From the NCBI GenBank assembly GCA_964247055.1, contig OZ176057.1:3472001-3536000 (forward strand): 64,000 bases of DNA, in the 5' to 3' direction. Every line of letters starts with the position of its first letter. The stretch's first letter is position 1. This DNA is from Paragordius varius. Its lineage: Eukaryota > Animalia > Nematomorpha. Shown here piece after piece: positions 1-12,271 of the stretch. The position numbers and the translations under genes were made by a program. The notes under the pieces are model-generated. The model made no database searches. It saw only the letters and a list, made by a program, of their open reading frames with translations, and was not told where the DNA came from.

Positions 1-69
1 AAATTGCATTATTAAATAACTCTTTGAATAATAAATAAATTTGCAATATACTTAAATACGTACTTCCTT

Positions 70-300
70 ACAGTCATGTATCCTTTATTTTATCAAAAAT
101 TTATTTTTTTTTGTTAAATGGGTATAAATATTTGGTAAAGAATGGAAAAAACAAGAGCTCTATGGTATTAACAATATCATATTTATCAAAAAGCATAAGT
201 ATTACCATAGAGCTCATCTTTTTTCCATTTTCTACCAAATATTTATACCCATTTAACGAAAAAAATAAATTTTTGATAAAATAAAGGATACATGACTGTA
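70..300. repeat. Foldback element with about 100-bp arms; half copy at about 6015-6105
   Basis: 70-168 is the near reverse complement of 202-300. Confidence 0.85.
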
Positions 301-449
301 CCTATTTACATTATGTAATACAGGAAATATGGTAATTATTTGATTTTACAAAACAAAAAAACTAAAAGTATATATTGTTCCAAAAACATAACCATACTTC
401 TTTTTACCATATTTTTTTCCTCTACATATAAAGAGTGTCAAAAATCCAT

Positions 450-1520
450 TATATAGACTGATAAATCATGGTTCTTATAATGTTGGCCTTTACGAGTGAT
501 TTAAGAAAGTTAATAACACTTTTGTGGTAAGTCTTGCATATAAAAAATGGCAAAATTTTGGCATAGTTTTTCAATAAAAATTTTTGGGCGAAAGCTAAAT
601 GCTTTATTCCAAAAAATATCACTATACTATATCACAAACTACATATAAAAAGTAAAATAATATTTTTTTAAAAAATTTTAAATGTGGCTACGTCTTAAAT
701 TTTACGCTCTCCCAAAATAGGCTAGTTCTCATCTAATAAGGCTAAAACAAGTGTGTGATTACAATTTTAATATATGCTAAATTTTGATAAAAATATTTAA
801 AAAATGCATATATTTTTTAAAAATTTAATCTTTAGCTAAACAATTTGTAGATATATTGAGGCATGATGGCAACGATATAAAAACGTTTCAAGATATTATA
901 AACACATTTTTATACATAATTGGATGATCTGAACATTGCTATTACCTCTTAATTTTGATTACAATATCTGTTCGTTCCAAATATATGTAATTATAAATTG
1001 TGTTATTTTACAAATATCACTAAATGAAAGTAAACCTTTAATTAAACTTCAGAAGCGATAAAAATGTTCAGTATTATTAAGTTATACATTAAAATGTTTT
1101 AATATCTTAAACCGTTTTTCCCCGATAACTCAAAATAGTATGAAGTACGCTTCAGGAGCTTATAATTAATGAAAAAATATGCATTTTTGAAAAATATTTT
1201 TTGTTGATACCAATATTTATATTTAGCCATCGCGCAATATCGGCATTTTTGCGTTTATTTAAAGAAAACTAGCCCATTTTAGAAGAGCGAAAAAAATTAC
1301 GACTTTTAGAAACCACATATAAAAATTAAAATAATTTATGATATATTTCATGCTATTGTTCGGAATAAAGCATTTAGCTTTCACAAAAAAATATTAAAAA
1401 TGATATGGAGGACTAACCACAAAAATGTAAATAACTTTTTTTAAATCACTCGTAAGCAAAAACAAAAGCACCATGATAATCCTGATACGTTATCCTATCA
1501 GAATATATTAATTTCGTCAG
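450..1520. repeat. Large imperfect palindromic repeat; related sequence at about 11330-12050 and 55930-56680
   Basis: 492-530 is inverted at 1417-1455; shared internal motifs with the other copies. Boundaries are approximate. Confidence 0.55.
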
Positions 1521-3444
1521 AAGATTTTTTATACGCCCCGATTTTGTAAACTCGGTATATTCCAATTTTAAATTATATGACCAAGTGCATTTCATCTGTT
1601 CCTATTTTGCGATAAACCATGTTAAACAAGATTTTTATTATTGTCTGTAACTTTTACTATATTTATAGATCTTTATCTAAATATTAGGTAAAATTTTGTT
1701 TGATTTTTATAAACTATGTATTTGATTCTATAAACACAAAAAAATATCCTGATAATATATATTCGTATGAAAAAGCATAGCATGATAATCATGGTGAGCT
1801 TTGGGGCTTATGAGTAAGTTCAGAAATATTTTCACTCTTGTAAATGCTCCATAGTAAAAAATGGCAAAGTTAACTATTTAAAATATTTTTTGGTCGAGGC
1901 TAACCATTCCACATATGAAACCTAAAAAAGCGAAAAATCATTTATTTCATCTATCAAATTTTAGGCCATTTGTAATGAATTAATTTTAATAAACAATCCG
2001 AAGTTTCGAATAATCTTCCAATAGATACTAGTTTATGAGAAAGACTTTTTTTTAAAAGAATACCATACTTAAATTTTGTTTTATTTTATTTAAGCGTACT
2101 CCCCGCTATTTTTATGCATGTTGGAAACGGCATAATAACGGTTTAAAATGTTACAAAAACAGTTTGACTATATTATCGATGATGCTTAGTCTTTTTACAA
2201 CCTCAAAATTTTGATTAAAAGCTCAGTTTGCTTTCAAATTTAAATATTTTTTGTAAAGCGCAATTCCTATTTAACTATAAATGAAGACAAACAAATTTTT
2301 GAAAAGGCTAAATATGGTCAGCATCAACCATTTTTAAAGAGAAAGAGTTTTTTTATAATATTTAAAGCGTAATCATACCGATATTACCACATTCGAAGAA
2401 ACAGCATGAATTCCGTACGATTTAACAAAATTTTACCAATTTAATATTTGATAAAAGTATGCATTTTTTTAAAAGATATATATATATTCATTACTGCCAA
2501 TTATATATTAAATTGTGATAATCACCAAAAAATTTGTCAGACCCAATAAAATATTTTTTTGTTTCAAGGACCGTGTGACACCAATCACTATCAAAGTGAT
2601 TAACGCAAATTCTATTCTAAATGGAAAAACCGAGAATTTTGCGGGTGCATATAAATCGTAAATGCTTTTTGCGCCATTTTTTAGAATGAATAAAAAAATC
2701 AATAATAACATACTTTAACAAACCAATGGACATATTTAAATAATATTTACCAATCGTTTATTTTAACGAGCAAGCCTGGATATTTGAGTACACTTAATTA
2801 TGTTTACATATTTATTGTTGGTCTCCATCTTGCTAAAACTGAATAAATTTTTATGCTGTGCGATTTACTTTAATTTCCCTCAAATTGCGTTATTGTAAAC
2901 GATTAACAACAAAAAATTGCACATGTTTAAAATACGGAATTAAAAATAAAATTTTACAGCAACGGGTAAAAAATTAAAAACCTTAAAAGCTGTAAATTAT
3001 TTATAATCCGAAAAATTAAAAAATACCCAAATTAGTTTATTTATACTATTTATATATTGATCCAATCTAAAAATTTAAAAACAGAGCTATAAAAAGAGCT
3101 TTTAAGACCGCATAAGTAAACTGAACTAGCATATATATCTCAAGGGTGTTATTCAACACCTCAAGTTGTTGAACACTTATAGTTTATCCTTAATTTTTTT
3201 TAAAAATTATTTAACCATAATTTGTTGCAAATAACTTTCCAAAATTACACGTTAGCCAAATCCATAAAGACCATCAGAATCCTGATACTTATATATAATT
3301 ACATATATATTATGATCCAAATATTTTTATAACCACCGATTTCGTGTACAGTTTCTTATATAACAGTCAAAGGTATTTATTTTTAATAATTACAATATAT
3401 ATATATATAGGAAGGGTATCGATATTTCCGGTTAAAGAATAGGT

Positions 3445-3539
3445 TTAACACCGACAACTTACACATCTTCCATACCTCAATACTTGGCACGCAGGGCGAC
3501 AAAATTGACATTGGCCAGGACCGACCGGAGGCCTTAGAC
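3445..3539 (-). CDS. Terminal exon A3, 6-Cys peptide (G)LRPPVGPGQCQFCRPACQVLRYGRCVSCRC*
   Basis: Acceptor tttcttag|GT; 95 nt = 2+31 codons; TAA directly after Cys6; AATAAA on the - strand at 3381-3376. Confidence 0.8.
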
Positions 3540-6500
3540 CTAAGAAACATAAAAAATAAAAGAATACTTAAAAAAAGTTTTTGTAATAAACGCAGAAATA
3601 CGCGGAAAAACAGAAAATCTTAATGATTTATATCCTACTATCGCTTTTAGATTGTATACAATTAAAGATGTATCCAGTATTAGTAGTAAGTTTACATTGC
3701 CATATTTTATTAATTCCCAGGTGAGTATTGGGAAAAGACATTTATTGCTTTTTACTATTATAAGCCAAAAATATCAACCTTTGTTATCTGGCAATATATA
3801 ATGTAAAAATAGCAATGTATACTCCTATACTAGCTCATACTGTAATTTATATGTTTGTCCCTTCAGCCCTTCTATATAAATTGGGGTCGTTTGATACCCC
3901 AGACATGTCAAATAATTCAAAAAATATGGAATGAATCAAAGCAATGGCAAAAATTTGCTCTTTTATAGCATTAAGTAACCGTAATATAACAAAAGATCCG
4001 TTTAAATTACTTGATAATACTTATTACACAAGGTAATTTAGTCATGACCTGCATTAGCCATATTTAAAATAATACAAAATAAACCTTCACATTCTATCAG
4101 TGTTAGATGTGATTTAAACAAAAAATTAGCTTAATTTTAGCTTTAAAATTAAATAAAAAGGATATTAGAAAAAATGTTGTTAAATAAAATGGCGTCGAAC
4201 TAGTTTGATATGAAACTTTTTTTCAAAACCAAATTTTATTTAGTTATTTCGTTTAATTATATAATTTTTATTAGGATAAAAGCATAAAGTTAAATTGAAA
4301 CCGTTTCTTTCAGCAACTTTATAAATAATAGAAACTTAAATATACCAATTTAAATCGTAGTGTTAAAAATAAAAAATTTTGTAACTAAACTCCTTATCAT
4401 ATATTAATAATTATTTCCAGTTGAAATTAAATTTATTCAGACAAAATGTAAAGAAATACAAAAAAATATTTTTTTTAAAATACAATTACTTTATTAAACC
4501 CTATTTTTTAACAATAACAATTTTATTTGAATTTTAAATATAGAAATTTTTGGGTTAACCAATTCACATCTATTTTTATACTTTGCAGTCTAGCAACTAA
4601 TCATAATCATCAAGTTTAAAAAAAATAATTTTCTTTAAAACAAAATATTTGTCTATATGTATTTATATGTTTTATTTGTTATATAATAATTTTGCTTGTT
4701 TTTTACCGCTGAGGATGATATAATTTTTTATAACAATATATATACGGATTATTCGTATTTTTATTGGAATTTCAATTTTACACAATTTTATAAAATTAAT
4801 TTTATATTTATAATTTGAGTATATTATTAAATTCATGATATATAAAATAATTATAAGCGTATAATTACAATTAAATCCACAGACGCGACACCCAAATCTC
4901 CATTCTTGACACCAATTGGGACATCTAGCTGGGGGACAACCTCCACCTGGTCCACCGCCCCCTTGGTTACCTGGAAAATGTTTAATTTTACAAGGTTATT
5001 TATTTAACGTTAATTAAAATATGGAAAAAAAAGGTGCCAATTATAAACTATTGTCCAAAATTAACCATAACTTTTGCTTATTAAACTTTTTGACTATTTT
5101 ATCATAAACAAATTTAACGATTTTTACACTTAATGAGACTTTTTCCTACTTTTGTGTCTACGATGACATATAGGTGCAGTTTTATGAATCACCCCATAGC
5201 AAAAACCTGTAAAGAAACACTTTATAATTTAATTATCAAACATTGTTTGAAATAAAATGGCTTATATTTTTCTAAGGTTTGTGTAGAGTTTTAATCAAAA
5301 TGATTGATTAAAAATCGATAGATAATTGATTTTCCCCAAAATAACATATCTTTGTGCACATTAATTTTGATCACTTGAATAATTTTTGGCCTTTTGACAA
5401 TATACTATTGTATGGTTAGAAATCAACAAATGATTAAAAATAAACAATTCCCCTATTTTACAACACTAAATTACATCTAATTCTGGAGAAAATTTGTATC
5501 ATATGCTACTTTATTTTCAAACTTTAATGAAATTTATTTTATAAAATAACTAACATCTCCAATCACAGAAAGGACATCCTCGAGGCGGGAATCTTCTGCA
5601 CCTAGGAGAACAACCTCTTAAGGGCGGACATCCAACTGTTTATATATATTTAATTATACACAGATAAAATTTGTAAAAATTAAAATTATTCAGACAAAAA
5701 ATGTAAAAATACAAAAATCGTTTTTAATCCTTTAACACATACATTGTTTTGGTTTGCGAAATGAGAAAGCAGGGATATAAATTAGCAATATATCTAATCC
5801 ATTATAAAATTTAAATTTTAAATTAAATCGTTTGTTTAGGAAAAACAAAAGTTAATTAAATATGATTGTCTTTTCTAAAAATATTTGTCATTTTAGTATT
5901 TTGAGTTTCTCCAATTTTTGCTGTAATATCTTCAAAAAGCATTTCCAACTTATTTTACAGTGTGAGTAAAAGTATTTGCTAATAACAATATCATATTCAT
6001 CAAAAAGTTTAAGAATTACCACAGAGCTCTCGTTTTTCCATTCTTTACCAAATTTTTATACCCATTTAACGAAAAAAATAAATTTTTGATAAAATAATGA
6101 CTGTATTTTAGCATTTTATAATTGTTATTTACTACCATTAATAATAATACAGGTATTGCTTCTTATGCTATCTGACATTGGCTCTTTTATATAATAACGA
6201 AAAACTAACATATATACACATAATAATGACTGTAAATGAAATATGAACAAAAAACAAGCCTTAAATTAATAATATTAATCTGTTTGAAACGGAAACAGCA
6301 TATGATTTTATTCTTATAATTGTGAAATAAGTTTTTTTGCCAATGTACATCCCTTTTTCTTGAACTGCGTTTTAAACCTGTGGTTTTGATTAGTTATAAT
6401 CAAGGTTTTAAAAATTTGGCTCTCTTTAAATGTTAGATATATTAAATTGCAAAGTATGAAATAAAGAAGTAGATTGGTAACACAATCAATCATGTATTTT

Positions 6501-6770
6501 ACAATTTTAATTAAACAATGTGGATAAAGAGTAATCAAGATTCTATGGATGGCTTTATAAACCAAAATATTTGTCATATAGTTTTTCCGTTTTGTCTTTA
6601 TATTTATTCAATTTACATTTAAAATATAAAAAACATTCACCTCCTCCCTGCCAATTTTGTGCACTAACGGAAGAACTTAAATTATTAACCGAAATGTCCA
6701 ACAAAATCACCAATAAAACCATGGAAATAAGGGGCCAAGAATGCTGGCGTTTTGCTAACATTGTGGACAT
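3445..6770 (-). CDS. Cys-rich peptide locus A: one signal exon plus 3-4 alternative terminal exons
   Basis: Exon 1 6770/6761..6641 encodes M(STM)LAKRQHSWPLISMVLLVILLDISVNNLSSSVSAQNWQGG+G, donor G|GTGAAT, phase 1. Downstream phase-1 acceptors each open a Cys-rich frame: 5635..5550, 4970.., 3539..3445, and possibly 5206..5130. Confidence 0.85.
4672..4970 (-). CDS. Terminal exon A2, 6-Cys peptide (G)NQGGGGPGGGCPPARCPNWCQEWRFGCRVCGFNC followed by a long AT-rich read-through tail
   Basis: Acceptor ttttccag|GT at 4970; clear paralog of B2 (12912..12788); Cys6 at 4869-4867; first in-frame stop only at 4674-4672. Confidence 0.75.
5130..5206 (-). CDS. Candidate extra terminal exon, 2-Cys cationic peptide (G)FCYGVIHKTAPICHRRHKSRKKSH*
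   Basis: Acceptor tttctttacag|GT, phase 1, 77 nt = 2+25 codons; no counterpart found in locus B. Confidence 0.4.
5550..5635 (-). CDS. Terminal exon A1, 6-Cys peptide (V)GCPPLRGCSPRCRRFPPRGCPFCDWRC*
   Basis: Acceptor aaacag|TT; 86 nt = 2+28 codons; TAG after Cys6; AATAAA on the - strand at 5538-5533 and 5515-5510; paralog of B1. Confidence 0.85.
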
Positions 6771-7139
6771 CGACGTGATTGAAAGAAACTGATATGTTTT
6801 GGGATAGGATAATTTTATAAAATAAAGTTAAAATTTAAAATGATGATGAATAATTCTTAATAAATATATTATTATATTTAATTCAATTTGATAAATGAAA
6901 GGTAATAATACCTTAAAGCAATCATAATTGTGTGATTATCTATGTTGCACATAGAGGGCACGTATTTGCAGCCAAATTTTAAAAAAGTTTAAAAATATGT
7001 TATTTTTCATGTTTCCAAAATTTTAAATATCTTTATAATAACCATATAGTTGATGAATTGAATGTATAACAACGTTTCTTTATTCTTTGAAAATATTAAA
7101 GTTTGAAAATATGTGCCTATAAAAACTTAAAATAATTAT

Positions 7140-7880
7140 ATACACTTTGTGCAAAAAATTTTTTATTATGTTATAGCCTATGACCAGCGTATTCATTTGC
7201 CCCAAAATTTTTATTTGTTGACAACCTTGTTTTTGAAATATTGAGAAAAATTGAAATCAAGAAAAAAGTGAAAATTAAGGATAATTAAGAATAATTTAAA
7301 AAATAATGATAAAATATGAGATATTATGGTTTATTATCATTAAAATATATATTTTCTAGATAAAAATAGCCTAAAATCATATAGTTACGATTTCTATAAT
7401 TTCAGCTCAAAAGAGGCGTTTTTCTTGAAAAAGACTAATTATCAAACTATATTATAATAATTTTTTTTATTATTTACTATCTCACTATTAAAATCTTAAC
7501 ATTCATATTTTAATCAGTAAAAAAACATATATATCAAAATAAAACTAAAAAATATTGTTAATTTACTTGATTTTTGTGTTAAAAGAAAAACACCATCTTT
7601 GAACTGAGATTATATAGAAACCCTATTTGTATGATTTTAAGCTCTTATTTATATATATATCTATATATCTCCTTAAATGTTTAATATCTCTTTTACATTA
7701 TTTTTTGAATTTTATTTATCCTTAATTTCACTTTTTGCCCGATTTAGAAATTCTCTTAATATTTCAACAACTAGGTCGTCAACAAATTAAATCTTTGCGG
7801 CAAATGATTCACAGGTCATAGGCTATCTCATAAAAAAATTTTGTTAAAAAAATTAACCCTCTTTTTTGGACACTGTATAT
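7140..7880. mobile_element. Tc1/mariner-like palindromic MITE upstream of locus A; partial copy at about 16020-16460 upstream of locus B
   Basis: Right end ..CTTTTTTGGACACTG|TA; long imperfect inverted repeats. Confidence 0.55.
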
Positions 7881-8347
7881 ATATAAGATATTTTAAAATT
7901 TTTTTATCTGCCTTTCAAAAGACGATTACCGTCACAGTTACAGTAATAAAACCCTAAGACCAATTTTTGCTATTTTCTAAAATATATAACTATCATATTC
8001 TTGCGCAATGTTTCCATTTTATTTGTAAATTATTTATAATCATTCTTGGCGTTTTCTTCAGATAAATTCGACAGGCTATGGTTTTTGACTCTGCTATGAA
8101 AATTTTAATTAGTTTGATTGCACTATGCAAAATAATACATATTTGGTGATTTCCATTTATGATTGCGAGTTTCTTAACGACCTCAACAAATATAAAAGAA
8201 AAATAATAGGTTATTCGAAATAACACTTAGAAATTTTGTTGATAACATCTATCAGAATATTTCGATTTTGAGAGATTAACAAAAATTAATCTACATTTTT
8301 TTATAAATTTCTATAACATATTCTGATTCATAAATTTACAAAAGATA

Positions 8348-9420
8348 CTATCTGGCCCTGTCACGCGCTGTGACGATAATTATTCTTTTGCAAAAAATAG
8401 AGCTATTGGAGATAAAAAAATAATAAAAAACATATAAAAAATGTCTTTAATTAATTTTTTACAGGTTTTTGAATAGGCTCAAATATTGTTTAATTGAATT
8501 TGACCATATTTAAACTGTCCCTTATTAAAGTTAATATACAACTATCATTGGATTTACTTTAAAATTTTTGTTTTACGAAAACATGGTTAAAACTTTATTT
8601 TTGAAAGCATGTTCAGACAGCTGGGATCAAGGGATATAAAAAGTAAATTATTTATGGTCCATTTTAGGAAACATTGATATAATACTAATTCCCCAGAAAT
8701 GTGTTTAACACTGGTATCACTTCTTAGGTTTTTTGAAAATTAGCTCCAAAATCACGCCATTATTGAATGGCGTTTCAGTTTTAAACCGGTAGACCCCTAC
8801 ACCGATATACCTATGTGGAAAAGCACTGAGTTAATTTTTTTCCCTTTATAAGGCAAATATTTGGAATCATCTTTGATACCATCATGGGTTATTGGAAAAA
8901 ATGCCCACTAAATAATCGTTATATGATGTCGAATTTTTAGGGCATAAAGGCCCCAAATTAACGGCTAATAAAATAAGCCCGACCTTGATTTTATCTAGTT
9001 ACAGGTAATATTTCAAGCTTTTAATGATCTCATATGGCCATATCTGTAAACTAGCTCCAAAACAACGCAATTTCTATATAGTGGCCCAGTTTTAGCGGCT
9101 ATCGGTTTACTCAGCAGCCAATTTTAAAAAAGCGCAAGACTAAAATTTTTGCCTTTTTACAGGGAATACCTGGAATCTTCCTTAGATTTTAACGGTTTCA
9201 TACCCTGAGAAAATATTATATAGTTTATTTTTGAAAAAATGGCATTTTACAAAAAGAGAGCCTAAATTGAAAAGTAAGCCGACTATGTTCGGCGCAATCG
9301 AAAACAAGTAAAAAAATCATATTTGAAAACGACCAACTCGTATTCCGGAAATTGTCTCAAAAACACGATGTTTGTGGACTTGTGTTGAAAAACCCCGTTT
9401 TTACACAGGGTGGGCCCGAT
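8348..9420 (-). mobile_element. Helitron copy (truncated) with adjoining hAT-MITE sequence from about 8153
   Basis: Collinear similarity to 48235-49440. Confidence 0.7.
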
Positions 9421-9949
9421 GTACGAATTAATTAATTAATTAAACCATTAACATTGATCGGAAAAAATAATATTTGTAATTAACATTCAACAATCTAATT
9501 ATGATTTTTTAGAAATTTCAAAACTAAAATATGATGAATAATATATTGTGACTGAACATTTGACACAATAAAACAAAAAATAATTTTTATATTTCGCATC
9601 AGCGCTAGCAATATATATATATATATATATATATTGCAAAAATTGAAATTTTACGGATGAAACGTAAAAATATAACGACAAATATTTTTTTAAATTAATG
9701 ATAATTTTTAAATCTGGATTTATAAATAAAATTTATTGCGTAAAATGGCAAAGTGTATGTGTTGTAGAGTTATATATATCTTAGTAACACAATCAATTCT
9801 ATATTATTATAAATGTAATAAAATAGCTTATATAGGAAAAATTTAGGTTAAAACGAGTATGATTGATTTTTAGAAAAATATATGTTTTTTTAATTTTTTA
9901 CGTTTCGTCCTTATTCAGTTTCTCTCTCTATTATATATTTAGCAGGTGA

Positions 9950-11220
9950 TGTTTAATCATGAGAAACACTCAATAAAACACTATTCGATGATTCGCTTCT
10001 TACTTCGACAGCCCGGACCTTTTACTAGTCTGCATTTTCATGGCAGGCTGTTAATGAATAGTCAGAAGAATGTGATCTCTCTGCACCGACATTACAATGA
10101 TTTGTTGGGGAATAATAAAACGACCCAGGATAACGTTATCGATAATCACTCTAGGTATTAAATTTTTACGAAACTAAAAATGTCCAGGGCCAGACCACAG
10201 CACGGCGGATCTCAAGAAAAAGAAGATCGACTGGTGCACCGACAACGTCTTGCCTGTCATCAATAGTTGTTAAGAGCGTGGCACACTGATGGACAAATGA
10301 ATGGAAGAGGTAATTAATATCGCAAAGCAGGACAATCCAGGTACCCCTAATGATTACAGGGGTATAGCCCTGGTGAACACAGTGTACAAAGTATTGGTCA
10401 ACATCGCCCTGTCTAGACTGCAGTCCTTTGATGATAAACTTCATCATGCAATCTGTGGTTTTAGGCGGGGCAGGGAAACGATGGATTTATTCTTTTCTTT
10501 GGTAATATTCATCGGCACGCGCCACAAACACCCGCTCTGCTAAGGCTTTGTGGACATGGCCAAGGCTTTTGATAAGCTGGATAGGAAGCACGTGTTTGTT
10601 GAAGAGGGATGACATGGAGGAAAATTTAAGAACTTTATACTTCACTTGATAATTTGAACACGTAGTCGGGTGGCAGTTAAAACGACCCGTTGGGACTACA
10701 TCTATTCGGAACGAAGTCTGAAGCAAGGATGCCCTCTGTCCCAAAAACTCTCAACTTGGCTTCGGACTTAATAATACGAAAGTTACATGCGAGTTTTCAC
10801 AACGTCTTTTTCCAGGTGCTCTGCTACGCAGACGACCTTTGCATCTTGACGGATACGTAATAAACCAAGGACAGGCCCTTGACCAGCTGGAATCTGAACT
10901 GACGCCTATTGGTTTTATTAATAATCATGATAAGTCAAAGGTGATGATAATAGGTCGGTCTGATATGAGGATGTTTAACACTGCTGGAGGGGATTTTGAG
11001 GTTGTGGAGTCCTTTAGATGTCTAGGGGTTATGGTGAACAAAAACGGATGCTCCATTAACTCACGTCAACTCAGATTGCATTCCGCAAAGCTCATCTTTA
11101 AGGGTTTACACTGTTTATGGCGCTGGTTGGCCAAAAGAAGTTAAAAATTAAAGTCTAATCCTTACTAGGATTCTATATGGCTTGTCAGTGTAGCCATATC
11201 AAGCATACCCGCAAGTCTCA
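9950..11220 (+). mobile_element. Truncated, frameshifted non-LTR (RTE-like) reverse transcriptase remnant
   Basis: Fragments DYRGIALVNTVYKVL, CGFRRGRETMDL, VDMAKAFDKLDR, KQGCPLSP, LCYADDL, KSKVM and EVVESFRCLG are spread over several frames. Boundaries are approximate. Confidence 0.9.
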
Positions 11221-12161
11221 GGTTCAAATTTTAAATTTTATATGTTGGTTCGAACCCAGTTTTCTTCCAAAATGGGCTCTCTTAAAATAACCGTGAAATG
11301 CTGGGATTGCGAAAAAATTTAGATATATGCGAAATTTTTATATCAAAATAATATTTTTTAACACTTTTTTTCAATCTAATTTTTAGCAAAATTTTATAGA
11401 AGCGTACTAGTATTAGTTTGAGTCAAGATGGAAACGGCTTAAAAAACGCTTTAAGATATTACAAAAACTTTTTTCTATATAATTCGATATTGCTTGACAT
11501 TCATATCTCTTCAGAATTTAAAAAGGTTGAGTTGTTTGAAAATATTGGTCAATTTTCGTTAAAAATAAAATTTGAGGACGAAAAAAAGTTGAAATGTCCA
11601 GCATCATCAATTTTATAGAAAAAGTTATAATATCTTAAAGCGTTTTTAAAACGTTTCCATCAGGACTTAAAATTGTATACGCAACAAAATTTTAGTAAAA
11701 TAAATTTTTAAAAAATTTAGCTGATAATTTAGCTTATATTATATTTTTTATTGTGCAATCCCAGTTACGTTTATTGTAAGAAAACTAGCCCATTTTTGAG
11801 GAGTATAAAATTTGGGACTTTCGTTAAAAAAAATTGTTTTGTTATTTATATATAGTATTTGACATATTTTAGTATTTTTTGGAAAAACACCTGTAGCTAT
11901 ATAAAAATGTGCGCAAATTTTGCCATTTTCTAATATGGAGCACTTACCACAAAAGTGACAATATTTCTTAAATCATTTGTATTGACCGAAAGCATTATAT
12001 CTATCAATATATATATAATGTATATATATATCATCAGTTTATTCTTTTAACCCCCGATTTTGGAAGCAATGTAATTATAAAGCAAATGTATTTATTTTAA
12101 ATTGTATTATAATTAAAAGGGTATTAATGTTGTTCAAGTCATCTCAACTCAAATGATTAAC

Positions 12162-12271
12162 TCAACAGCGAGGCGAACAAAATGGACATCTCCCAGGCCT
12201 AATGATTCGACACCAGTGAGGACAAAAAAGGGGCGGGCAACCGCCTGGTCCTCCCGGACCTCCCCCACCAC
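12162..12271 (-). CDS. Terminal exon B3, (G)GGGGPGGPGGCPPLFCPHWCRIIRPGRCPFCSPRC*
   Basis: Acceptor ttttttag|GT; 110 nt = 2+36 codons; TGA after Cys6; AATAAA on the - strand at 12096-12091. Confidence 0.85.

Noticed and set aside
2508-2711. Hydrophobic 67-aa ORF resembling a membrane or secreted protein
   Set aside because: AT-rich composition in repeat-like DNA, with no splice context or motif.
6571-6792. Plus-strand ORF with PPPCQFC
   Set aside because: Antisense shadow of the locus A signal exon.
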